Shown piece after piece: positions 10,252-19,415 of a stretch of 64,000 nt of DNA. The position numbers and the translations under genes are program-made. The stretch comes from Vicinamibacteria bacterium. Its GTDB lineage: Bacteria > Acidobacteriota > Vicinamibacteria > Marinacidobacterales > Marinacidobacteraceae. The notes below the pieces were generated by a model. That model saw nothing but the letters and a program-made list of their open reading frames with translations. It was not told the DNA's origin and did not search any database. Each line of letters opens with the position of its first letter. Positions within the stretch are counted from its first letter, which is position 1. The stretch is taken from positions 2,336,001 through 2,400,000 of the forward strand of contig OY729431.1 of assembly GCA_963422395.1 (NCBI GenBank), given 5' to 3'.

Positions 10252-12465
10252 GTGCCGCTCGAAAACCCTCCGCCGAGCCTCGGAGGCGAAGCCGCACGCT
10301 CGGCCCTGGACCTCTCCGTGGATCGGTCCGGAACGAAGAGCGGTTTCGGCCTGCTCGCCGGCGCCCTGCTCGCCGGCACCCTGCTGGCTTCGTCCCCCGC
10401 GGGGGCGCAGACCGAAGAACAGCAGCGGAGCGAGGCGGAGGATCCGGCCGGCGAGGAGCAGCAGGCGGAGTCTTCGGAAACCGAAGGCGAGCCCGCCCTG
10501 CCGGTGCTGATCGAGACGGTGATCGTCACTGCGTCACGGGTCGAATCCCCCCTCCTCACCGCGCCGGCGGCGATCGGGGTGCGCACCGAAGACGAGCTCG
10601 CTTCCGAGGCGGCCCGCACCTTCGCCGACCTCTTCGAGGGCGTCCCGGGCATCTCGATCCAAGGGAACGCCCGCCGGATCACCGAAGCTCCGAGCATTCG
10701 CGGTTTCGCCGACCAGCAGGTCGTCGTGCGCCAGGACGGCGCGCGGCAGAACTTCAACGGCGCCCACGGCGGGCGGTTCTTCACCGATCCGGACCTGCTG
10801 CAGCGGGTCGAGGTGCTGCGGGGGGCGAACTCGGCGGTCTTCGGCAGCGGGGCTCTCGGGGGCGTGGTGTCGCTCACTACCCGGAGCGCCCGGGACCTGC
10901 TGGAGCCGGGCGAAGATTTCGGCGGGCGCTACCGGGTCGGATACCAGTCGAACGGGCGCGACCTTTCCCAATCGCTCGCGGGCTTCGCGGCGAACGATGC
11001 CCTCGACGCGCTCGTCAATCTGACTCTCGGGGGCACCGGGCAGGCGATCCGGGACGGGAACGGGCACGAGATCCCGAACACCGAGGACGAAATCCGAAAC
11101 GGCATGGTGAAGCTCGGCTGGTCGCCGGGAGCTGCCAGCCGCTGGGAGATCTCCTGGCAGGGCTTCCAGAACGAGGCCGCCGAACCCACGAACGCGAACT
11201 CCCTCACCGGAACGCTGGTGGACCGGGACACCCGCTGGAACGGCCTCCGGGCCAGCTTCAGCACCCGTTCCCTCGATTCCGAGTGGCTCGACCTCCGCTT
11301 CCTCGGCTACCGGAACACCGTCGGAGTCGAAGAGCAGATGCAGATCCGCCCGCGCCGGGACGAGAGCGCCTTCGAGACGCTGGGCTTCGAGGCCCACAAC
11401 ACCACTCGCTTCGCCTGGGGCTCGGACCTGCGGCTTTCGCTGAGCACCGGCGCCGAGGCCTACCGGGACCGGCAGTCGGGGATCCGTAACGGGGAAGCGC
11501 GGCTGCAGTTCCCCGATGCCGACGCCTTCTACGCCGCCGCTTTCGGGTATGCGGAGGCGGAGATCGAGAACCGGCTGCATCTCGCGGTCGGCGTCCGGCG
11601 GGACAGCTTTCGGTTGGAGTCGGACCGCTTCGCCGAGCGCCAGGAGGGCCAGACCTCCCCGCGCGTAACCGCCGGGCTGCGCCTCGGCGATACGGCGTTT
11701 CTCTGGATCGGCGCTTCACGGGGCTTTCGGGTCCCGAGCCTGACCGAGCTCTACGCCGACGGCGCTCACTTCGAGTTCCCCCTCGGTTCGGGGGTCTCGG
11801 TGCTGAATCTGTTTCGCCCCGATCCATCGCTCGGTGCTGAGCGGGGGGTGTCGCGGGAGGCAGGGTTCCGAGGCGGCTTCGGGGCCTTCTCGCTCGACAC
11901 CAGCTGCTTCGACCAGACGGTGGCCGACTATGTGGACCAGAAAGTGCTCCTCGTCGATCCGGCGTTCCCTCCCGAGCACGACCCGCGCACCGAACAGACC
12001 GTCCTGATCGGGTCCACCAGGAACATCTCGCTCGACGCCCGGCTGCGAGGGTGCGAGGGCGCGGCGCTCTACGAGCGCTCCCGCTTCCGGCTGCAGGCGA
12101 CCGGTTCGGTCCTCGACACCGAGGACGCCGCGACGGGAGCGCCGCTTTCGCGCGCTCCCGCGAACGCGATGCACCTGTCGGCGAGCACCCGCCTGCCCTC
12201 GATCGGGCTCGAACTGGGAGCCCGCGCGAGCTTCGCCGCCACCCGAAACCTCTCCGCTGAGGACGGGGAGAACGCGCCCGGTTACCGGGTGATGGATCTC
12301 TTCCTCCGCTTCACGCCGGACCGCGGTCCGCTCGCCGGGGTGGACTGGACGCTCGCCCTGAACAACCTGACCGACGAGTACTACGCCGTCTATCCGGCGG
12401 TCGTGCCGCAGCCGGGCCGCAGCCTGCGGATCTCCGCTTCCTACCGCTTCGGATTTTCCCGGTGA
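10252..12465 (+). CDS. TonB-dependent receptor, heme/hemoglobin-like
   Basis: TonB box ETVIVTASR; plug motif RVEVLRGANSAVFGSGALGGV; FRVPSLTELY; C-terminal YRF; start uncertain. Confidence 0.88.
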   Translation: MPLENPPPSLGGEAARSALDLSVDRSGTKSGFGLLAGALLAGTLLASSPAGAQTEEQQRSEAEDPAGEEQQAESSETEGEPALPVLIETVIVTASRVESPLLTAPAAIGVRTEDELASEAARTFADLFEGVPGISIQGNARRITEAPSIRGFADQQVVVRQDGARQNFNGAHGGRFFTDPDLLQRVEVLRGANSAVFGSGALGGVVSLTTRSARDLLEPGEDFGGRYRVGYQSNGRDLSQSLAGFAANDALDALVNLTLGGTGQAIRDGNGHEIPNTEDEIRNGMVKLGWSPGAASRWEISWQGFQNEAAEPTNANSLTGTLVDRDTRWNGLRASFSTRSLDSEWLDLRFLGYRNTVGVEEQMQIRPRRDESAFETLGFEAHNTTRFAWGSDLRLSLSTGAEAYRDRQSGIRNGEARLQFPDADAFYAAAFGYAEAEIENRLHLAVGVRRDSFRLESDRFAERQEGQTSPRVTAGLRLGDTAFLWIGASRGFRVPSLTELYADGAHFEFPLGSGVSVLNLFRPDPSLGAERGVSREAGFRGGFGAFSLDTSCFDQTVADYVDQKVLLVDPAFPPEHDPRTEQTVLIGSTRNISLDARLRGCEGAALYERSRFRLQATGSVLDTEDAATGAPLSRAPANAMHLSASTRLPSIGLELGARASFAATRNLSAEDGENAPGYRVMDLFLRFTPDRGPLAGVDWTLALNNLTDEYYAVYPAVVPQPGRSLRISASYRFGFSR

Positions 12466-12475
12466 GGCGCGGGGC

Positions 12476-13363
12476 TCAGCTCTCCGGGCGGGCCCCCTCG
12501 ATCGGAATGAAGGCGGCCTCCACCCCCGAAGTCTCCTGGTCGGCGAACCAAGCGCTCCAGAATCGGATCAGGGCTTCCTCGTCCACCAGTCCCTCGCGGC
12601 TCGGGGGAAGCCGCAGCACGGTGAGTTCCGCACCCGCGAGGCGGCGGGTGCGAACCTCGCGGTAGAGAGCGCTCTCCCGGAATCGGGGGAACTCCGGCAC
12701 CCCCCGGTAGAAGTCGATCCCCACATTCTGCATGAGGTCCGAGATGAGGATCAGCCGCCGCCCGGCGGCGGGATCCTCGTCGAAGCGCCGCGCCGCCGCC
12801 TGGACCGCCTGGAAGATCGCCGAAGAATCACTCGGGCCGGAACGGGACATTTCCGAGAGCGCGTCGCGGAGCGGGCGGAGATAGAGCGGCCCCCACTGCG
12901 CTGCCCGCTGATCGGGATTGTCCGACCAATGGTTCACTTCGCAGGGGTGCGGGGGGCGGGGCAGCGCCGCCATTTCCCGGAACCCGCCCGAGGCCTCGGA
13001 CTGCACTTCGAAGAGATGGAGCACCGACCCGGCCGGAGCGGTTTCGGCGACTCCCCGAAGGCGGCTCCACATGTCGTCGCGCTGGGCTCGCGAGAGCCCG
13101 TCGGTCGCATCGAGCACGACCACGATTCGTTCCGGGATCCGTTCTGAAAGTCGCCCGGAAGGGAGGCCGGCGGACCAGTCCGCGCATTCCTCCATCGTCG
13201 TTGCGGTGCAGCCGGAGAGCGTCCACGCGACCGCGGCGGCCGAGGCGGCCCGAAATGCGGCGGCCGGGGATGGGAACCGGGATGCCGACGGAGTTGCGAA
13301 AGGGGATGCGGCGGGAACGACACGCGCCGCCCCGCGGGCCGAGCCCGTCCGGTGCGCGCTCAG
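12476..13363 (-). CDS. Uncharacterised VWA-like lipoprotein
   Basis: Frame stays open upstream of ORF 12476..13195, giving lipobox TLSGC; VVVLDATD, SAIFQAV and LILISDLMQN motifs; probable CTG start overlapping upstream TGA. Confidence 0.65.
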   Translation of the reverse strand: MSAHRTGSARGAARVVPAASPFATPSASRFPSPAAAFRAASAAAVAWTLSGCTATTMEECADWSAGLPSGRLSERIPERIVVVLDATDGLSRAQRDDMWSRLRGVAETAPAGSVLHLFEVQSEASGGFREMAALPRPPHPCEVNHWSDNPDQRAAQWGPLYLRPLRDALSEMSRSGPSDSSAIFQAVQAAARRFDEDPAAGRRLILISDLMQNVGIDFYRGVPEFPRFRESALYREVRTRRLAGAELTVLRLPPSREGLVDEEALIRFWSAWFADQETSGVEAAFIPIEGARPES

Positions 13364-15261
13364 GAGGCTGCCTCCAAACGGTCGAGTCTCTCCGGGCCGC
13401 GCGGCAACAGCCGAACCTCGCGTCCGCCGAGCGGCGGAGACGGCCCCTCGCCGCGGGGCGGCGGCGGCCTTCGGCGCGCCCCGGGAAGCCGGGCGGCCTG
13501 GGCGAGTCGTTCCCGCACCGATTCGAACGCGGCGGCGGCCTCCGGAGCGTGGGCGGCGTTCTCGATGCGCACCCGATCGGCAGCTGCCGCGATCTCGACG
13601 AGGCCCCGCTCCTGGTCTCGTTCCCAGGCGGCGCCGGCGGCTTCCCGGGGCGGTGGCGGCGCGGCGCGCCAGGGCTCACGCCAGAACGCGGGCGGCGGAT
13701 CCCCGGAGAGGCGCTGCTGCCGGTTCGCCTCCCGATAGTCCTCGATCGCGCTCGCGCCGGCAGCGCCCGCCTGACGCAGGAATTCCCCTTCGCGGGAAAC
13801 GATCTGCCGCCGAAGGTTCGACACCGCTTCGAGCCGTGTTCCCAGTGCGAGGATGTCGGTCTCGATGGTGCCGAGACGGCGTCGGTGCTCGCGCTCGTCG
13901 CCGTTCACCGCGTCGAGCGCCTTCCGGTATTCCTCTTCGAGGGCGCGGGACGCCTCCTCCTGTTGCCGGTGGAGCCGGGCGAAATGGGGAAGGGGTTCCC
14001 GGCCGCCGAACCACTTCCAGGCGCTCAGAAAGAGGGCGAGGATCCCGACCGCCAAGAGCAGCACCGAGCGCCAGCCTTCGAACCTGCCGGCGAGGGAGTC
14101 CTCGACCTGGACCAGCGCGCCGTCTCGGGCGCGGTAGCCGACACCGCCGGCGGCGACTTCGCGGGTCGTGTCCTGTGAGTGGTCCGTCGGCGGCAGGGCC
14201 TCCGGGTGGTCCGTGAAGACCGCTCCCGGCCGCCACCAGAGGAACTGGGCGCGCAGCTCGCCGATGACCGCCTCTTCGACGGACAGGCGGGTCGGCGGGT
14301 GCGGGTCGGCGGCGCCCCCGCCGGCAGCGGCCCCGGCGTCGATGTCTTCGAGGTCCAGCACTGCGGCGCGGCGCGCGGTGTCGAGCGCCCCGGCGGCGTC
14401 GCGGTAATGCGCGAAGCCGAAGTGGAGGAGCGCCCCGACCGAGAGGCAGGGAACGAGCGCGGCGGCGAGGAAGACCCGGCGCAGCATTCCGGTCCGAAGC
14501 ATCCGGCGCAGGATCAGATCGCCGATCAGCCAGCCGAGGAGCCCCACATTCATCGCGGTGACGAGGGCGGCGAAGGTCCAATTGGCGAGGATGCCCTCGG
14601 TGGAGACGGAGTGCAGCAGCAGACCGTTGGCGGTGGTCTCGGCGAGCGCCACCGCGGCGAGCAGCCAGGCCCATCCTCGACTCGGCTGGCGGGGACTCGC
14701 ATACTCGGACAGGCCGCATTCCCGGCGGAAGCCGGCGAGCTCCTGCTGCGCCGCCTGCGCTTCTTCGTAGCGGGCCTCGATGCGGGAAAACGCCGGGAGG
14801 GCGCCGGAGAGCGGTGCGGTGTGCTCCCGCTCGCGGCCGGCCTCCGATTCCAACCGGACCGCGCGGGTGCGGGCCTCGCGGTGCGCCGCATCGAGCCGTC
14901 CGAGGGCTTCGTCGGCGCGGGCCCGGATGGCGGCCCCCGCTCGAGCGAAGCGGCTCTCCACTCGGCGCTCCCCCGGAGACGGCGCCGCCGCTTCCGGCGC
15001 CGGGACGCCGGCGCGCGCCTCCTTTTCCGCCTCCCGCCGCTCGGAGGCGGTGAGTGCCGGGTCGGGAACCGGATTCTCGCCCTCCGGGAAGGGGTCGAAG
15101 TCGGAGAGGATGGAGCGGCCCGGATCGGGGTCCGGATCCGTGCCGGCAGCGGCTCCGGCTCCGGCTCCGGCTCCGGCAGGCGCTGCCGGGTCTTGCCGCT
15201 CTCCGGGGCGTTTCGCGCCGCGGGCGCGCTTCGGAATGCGCAATCGGAGCTTCCGGGTCAT
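13360..15261 (-). CDS. Uncharacterised multi-TM coiled-coil membrane protein
   Basis: GGAGGA RBS before ATG 15261; helical N-terminus, three TM segments, a fourth TM, then coiled coil. Confidence 0.7.
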   Translation of the reverse strand: MTRKLRLRIPKRARGAKRPGERQDPAAPAGAGAGAGAAAGTDPDPDPGRSILSDFDPFPEGENPVPDPALTASERREAEKEARAGVPAPEAAAPSPGERRVESRFARAGAAIRARADEALGRLDAAHREARTRAVRLESEAGREREHTAPLSGALPAFSRIEARYEEAQAAQQELAGFRRECGLSEYASPRQPSRGWAWLLAAVALAETTANGLLLHSVSTEGILANWTFAALVTAMNVGLLGWLIGDLILRRMLRTGMLRRVFLAAALVPCLSVGALLHFGFAHYRDAAGALDTARRAAVLDLEDIDAGAAAGGGAADPHPPTRLSVEEAVIGELRAQFLWWRPGAVFTDHPEALPPTDHSQDTTREVAAGGVGYRARDGALVQVEDSLAGRFEGWRSVLLLAVGILALFLSAWKWFGGREPLPHFARLHRQQEEASRALEEEYRKALDAVNGDEREHRRRLGTIETDILALGTRLEAVSNLRRQIVSREGEFLRQAGAAGASAIEDYREANRQQRLSGDPPPAFWREPWRAAPPPPREAAGAAWERDQERGLVEIAAAADRVRIENAAHAPEAAAAFESVRERLAQAARLPGARRRPPPPRGEGPSPPLGGREVRLLPRGPERLDRLEAAS

Positions 15262-15378
15262 GGGTCCTCCCCCCGATCCGGAGCGGGCCGGCGGACGCAC
15301 TTCCGCCTCCGGGTCTCCCGCCGGTTACGAAATCACGACCCGATCGGTTCTCCCGCCGGAAACGAGCACCGTCCTCGG

Positions 15379-15779
15379 TCAGCTCTCAGGCCGCCTCGCT
15401 GCCGCAGGGGGCCACCAGATCGTCGAAGCGAACCCGAGACAGACCGAAGCCATTTGCTGCTTGGAGAAGCTCGCAGCGATGGCCTCGGCGACGGCCGCTC
15501 GTTCGCGCGTGAGGGTTTCGCAGTCCACGGCGCGCCGCGCCTCGCCGTCGCGCAGCAGCGCCGCTGCCATCGCGCGGAGCGCCGGACGACCGAAGCCGTC
15601 GGTCGTTCCGAGCGGACTCGACTCGCCGTCCAGCAGGAGCTGACGCGCCTCCGGCCAACCGATCCAGGTCTTCAGGAAACCGTAGAGGTGTACGCCAGAT
15701 AGGTCTTGCCGGTGTTGTTCCGCCCGGCGAGGATCGTGAGTCCCCCGCTCAGCTCGATCTCGGCCTCTCCGATCGGGCA
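15379..15779 (-). pseudogene. ABC/AAA ATPase (AAA_15/AAA_21-like) N-terminal remnant
   Basis: PIGEAEIELSGGLTILAGRNNTGKTYLAY Walker A; frameshift into LYGFLKTW; 5' end replaced by MITE. Confidence 0.7.
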
Positions 15780-15991
15780 TAGCAGCCCGTGGACAAAGTC
15801 ACACGGCATCCGACCGGCGATGCCCAGTCCTCCCGGTGGGGGCCCCGGCTGAACCGCTTCGCTCTTCGTTGCAAATCCGTCGGAATACGCCCGGTATGCC
15901 TCCCGATTCGCGCCTTGTCCGCCAGGCGCCGCCCCCACCGGGAGAACTGGCCCGGTCTCGGTGCTCGCGCCACTTCATCCACGGACTGCTA
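15780..15991. mobile_element. MITE copy 1 (212 bp)
   Basis: TIRs TAGCAGCCCGTGGA...TCCACGGACTGCTA; near-identical to 33096..33307. Confidence 0.9.
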
Positions 15992-16116
15992 GGCGGTGGA
16001 AGCGGAACTTCACGGACGGCGAGCCGCGGCCTTCGCCGGCAGAAGGCAGCGGCAGGCGCAGACTGGCCGACGGAACGGAACGAAAACGGGCCTCGCGGCG
16101 GGGCAGCAGCGCCCCC

Positions 16117-18186
16117 TCACGGGTCGGTCGCCCGCGCTGGGCCGCGGGTATGCCGGGCGAACCAGTCCAGCATGTAGAGCTGGGTGCGGATGAAGTTCGA
16201 GGGCTTCGAGCTGGTGCCGTGGTATTCCTCGTGGAAGCGAACCATCACGGTGGGAACCCCGAGCGCCTTGAGCGCCTGGTAGTACTCCTCGGTCTGGCTC
16301 ATCGGGGTACGGAGGTCGAGTTCGCCGGTCATCAGCAGCGTCGGGGTGGTGACCCGGTCCACATACATGAGCGGCGAGTGCTCGAGATACTTCTCGGCGT
16401 TGTCCCAGGGGAAGCCCTGGTAGCGGTGATAGCCCCAGCGCACGATGTCGGCGGTACCGGCGAAGCTCATCCAGTTGACCACCGGGCAGCGCACCGCAGC
16501 GGCGGCGAAGCGGTCCGTCTGGCCGATCACCCAGGAAGAGAGCACCCCGCCCCCGCTGCAGCCGGTGACATGCATGCGGCTCTCATCCACCGCCCCGCGG
16601 GCGACTACCGCGTCCACTCCGGCCATCAGGTCGTGGTAGTCCACGCTCGGATAGCCGTTGTCGATCGCGTTTCCGAAATCGGTTCCGTAGCCGGTGCTGC
16701 CGCGCGGGTTCGTGTAGAGGAGGAGGTAGTCGTTCGCGGCGAAGTTCTGGAAGGAGTTGTTGAAGCCCACGTTGTACATCCCGTGCGGCCCGCCGTGGAT
16801 GTGGAGCACGAGCGGGTACCGGCGGGAGGGGTCGAAGCCGGGCGGCTGGACGAGCCAGCCCTGGACCCGGGCGCCGTCCGTCGAGTCGTACCAGATCTCC
16901 TCCACCTCACCGAGCTGGATCCCGGCGAGCACATCCTCGTTGACCGCGGTGAGCTGCTTCGGGCGGCTCGGGTCGGCCAGCGGGAAGACCACCACCTCGG
17001 GCGGCTCTTGGAAGGAGGTCCGCACTCCGGCGGCGATCCCGGCCTTCGAGATCGTGTGCACGGTGAGCAGGTGGGTTCCCTCGGTCACCGGACTGGTCTC
17101 GCCGGCGAGCGAAGCCACATGCAGGTTACGGGAGCCCCGGTCGTCCGCAGTGAACCAGATCCGGTCGCTCTCGGGGGACCAGATCGGGTTCACGGCGTCG
17201 CGGTCGAGGCGGGAGGAGAGCGAACGCATCTCCGAGCCGTCGAAGCCGATCACCTGGAGATCGCTCACCCGGTAGGTCTGGGCGGTCCAACCGAACCCGG
17301 TGAAGGCGATGTGTTTCCCGTCCGGAGACACCACCGGCCCCGACCAGGGACCGCGTTCGCTGGTGATCTGGCGGATGGCGCCGGTCTCGAGGTCCACGAA
17401 GTGGATGTGCGACTCCCGGTAGCGGAGGTCAGCATCCTCGGCGCGCGCGGCGTCGAAGACGAGGCCGCTCCCGTCGGGCGCCCAGTCCATTCCAGTCCCG
17501 TAGTCGAGGCCGACCGCGCCCCGGGAACCGACATGCCACGCGCCCTCGGTCAGCTGGCGGGCCGCCCCGCCGTCCGCCGGAACGACGAACAGATGGCGAT
17601 AGCCCTCTTCGAGGAAGCCCACCCGGTCCTGGCGGAAGTGCATCTTGCGCACGATGCGGGGCGTCTTCGTCCACTCACCGCCTTCCGGGGGCGAGGGCAG
17701 CGAGGGCAGCGAGGGCAGCTCCCAGGTCTCCGGGGCCGGAACCATCCGGGTGAAGGCGATCCGCTGCGAGTCCGGCGACCAGTGGATGTCGCGCGGGCTC
17801 GGAGCGTTGCGGGTGATCTGCGAAGCGGCCCCCTCCTCGTCCATCCAGCGCACGAAGATCTGGGTACCGTCGTCGCCGGCATCCGCGAGGAACGCGATCC
17901 GGCTCCCGTCGGGCGACCAGACCGGCGACGAACCCCGGGTCAGGAAACGGTTCCGTCCGCCATCGGCGTCCACGATCCAGAGCTCCGAGACCCAGCGGTC
18001 CCGTTTCCGGTCCACCTGGCTGCGGGTGTAGAGGACCGCGGCGCCGTCGGGCGAGATCGCCGGGGCGCTCACCCGCTCCCAGTCGAGGATGTGGGAAGCG
18101 GCCAGCCGGTCTTCCCCGGCGGTCTCCTGCGGCGCGGCCGGGGCGGCGAAAACGAGCGTTACGAGCGCGATGGCTAGTACCGGCAT
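16117..18186 (-). CDS. S9 family peptidase (acylaminoacyl/dipeptidyl peptidase)
   Basis: Signal peptide; PD40-like propeller repeats; IHGGP, GCSGGG, D-LRTP, EEYHG. Confidence 0.93.
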   Translation of the reverse strand: MPVLAIALVTLVFAAPAAPQETAGEDRLAASHILDWERVSAPAISPDGAAVLYTRSQVDRKRDRWVSELWIVDADGGRNRFLTRGSSPVWSPDGSRIAFLADAGDDGTQIFVRWMDEEGAASQITRNAPSPRDIHWSPDSQRIAFTRMVPAPETWELPSLPSLPSPPEGGEWTKTPRIVRKMHFRQDRVGFLEEGYRHLFVVPADGGAARQLTEGAWHVGSRGAVGLDYGTGMDWAPDGSGLVFDAARAEDADLRYRESHIHFVDLETGAIRQITSERGPWSGPVVSPDGKHIAFTGFGWTAQTYRVSDLQVIGFDGSEMRSLSSRLDRDAVNPIWSPESDRIWFTADDRGSRNLHVASLAGETSPVTEGTHLLTVHTISKAGIAAGVRTSFQEPPEVVVFPLADPSRPKQLTAVNEDVLAGIQLGEVEEIWYDSTDGARVQGWLVQPPGFDPSRRYPLVLHIHGGPHGMYNVGFNNSFQNFAANDYLLLYTNPRGSTGYGTDFGNAIDNGYPSVDYHDLMAGVDAVVARGAVDESRMHVTGCSGGGVLSSWVIGQTDRFAAAAVRCPVVNWMSFAGTADIVRWGYHRYQGFPWDNAEKYLEHSPLMYVDRVTTPTLLMTGELDLRTPMSQTEEYYQALKALGVPTVMVRFHEEYHGTSSKPSNFIRTQLYMLDWFARHTRGPARATDP

Positions 18187-18344
18187 GAGATTCCTCCTCC
18201 TGACGGGTGTCGGGCCTCGCGGCGCTGCTCGACGATGGGACATCAGGCATCCGAGTGCGGTGTGCCCGGATGCGGGGTGCTCAGGCGCGGGGTGCCCGAA
18301 AGAGGCCTGGTCGGGCCGGGCGCCCGAAGCCGGCCGCTCCACGC

Positions 18345-18764
18345 TCACGGCGACTCGCCGAAAGCGGTCTCCAACATCTCCCGGTTGAAGCCGACCAGCA
18401 GCCGGTCTCCCACCCGCATGGAGGGAGCGCGCAGCTTGCCCGAGCGGCCGAGCAGCAGGTCGGTCGGGTTGGTGAAGCTGCCGACCATCGCCCCGGTCAG
18501 CGCAGCGTCGTGCGGGCGGTCGGCCGCCAGATCGAAACGCTGGACTTTCTGGCCCTTCGCGACGAGCAGCTCGCTCACTCCCTCGAGCAGCGCGAGCGCC
18601 TCCTCTCCCCGGATCGGCTGTCGGTTGGCGTTTTGGACCTCGCCGTCTTCGATACCGCGTTGCGCAAGGAACTCCTGCGCTCTCCGACAGCTCGTTCAAC
18701 CAGGGCGGTGATAGCGCCAGGTCAAGTTCGTTCGTCGATTCGCTTCGGCGGCAGCCACGATCAC
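18345..18764 (-). CDS. ArsC/Spx-family selenoprotein (in-frame UGA at 18698-18696)
   Basis: GTG start with GGAGGA; WRYHRPG-U-TSC-RRAQEFL; C-terminal SGKLRAPSMRVGDRLLVGFN. Confidence 0.8.
18662..18680 (-). promoter_or_regulatory. Putative bacterial SECIS hairpin
   Basis: GCGCAGGAGTTCCTTGCGC begins 15 nt after the UGA; stem with bulged U and small GU-containing loop. Confidence 0.6.
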
Positions 18765-19297
18765 TCCTCCTCCACGCGGTCGTAGGTCGCACGGTTCACC
18801 CCGGTGATCCGGCCCTCGGCGTCCAGCCGGACATATTCGTTGTCGATCCGGTTTCCATCCTCGGAAAGGGTGTTGATGATGACCTGATAGACGACGCCGT
18901 TCCTCCGATTCGAGATCCGGGTGCTCCGCTCGTCCACCGGCTCGACCGCGGTCTCCGAATCGGCGAGGCCTTCCACCGAGCGGAACACCCCGTCGAACAT
19001 CGTCACATAGCTCCACACCGACTCGTTGCCCTCGGCGTTCGTGGCGGCCACCTCGATGCTCATCCCGCCGTCGCCGTGGGGCGCGTAGGTCATCACATTC
19101 CGATAGGGCGGCGGGTTGTCGGAGCGCAGCCTCCAGACCCCGAAGCGGGGCCCGGCGGGATCCGGAGCGGAGGGGCCCTGAACGGAAGAATTCCGAACCG
19201 GAGGATGGTTCCCGGCAACAGACTGCGCTACCAGGGGGAGCCCTGCCAGAACGACGGTAAAGGCGGTCGGGGCCGCGGCGAGCCGCGAGATGCGCAT
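18761..19297 (-). CDS. Hypothetical secreted beta-rich protein
   Basis: Signal peptide; GVWRL motif; GAGGA RBS; stop overlaps selenoprotein start. Confidence 0.7.
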   Translation of the reverse strand: MRISRLAAAPTAFTVVLAGLPLVAQSVAGNHPPVRNSSVQGPSAPDPAGPRFGVWRLRSDNPPPYRNVMTYAPHGDGGMSIEVAATNAEGNESVWSYVTMFDGVFRSVEGLADSETAVEPVDERSTRISNRRNGVVYQVIINTLSEDGNRIDNEYVRLDAEGRITGVNRATYDRVEEE

Positions 19298-19415
19298 GAG
19301 CGGGTCCTCCTCGAAGGGAATGGGCGATTCTGTCAGACCGCCGCCGGAATGCCCTCCGCGATTCCCGGCTGGTTCCCGGTATCGGTTTTCCGCCGGGCCG
19401 GGTCGCGCCCCGGGA

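Noticed and set aside
15150-15177. GGCTCC hexamer run, and the GAGGGCAGC x3 repeat near 17693-17719
   Set aside because: In-frame low-complexity linkers; not CRISPR and not frame-shifting
15789-15992. 67-aa ORF repeated in the MITE copies
   Set aside because: Spans the inverted-repeat element end to end; more likely a by-product of the palindrome than a gene
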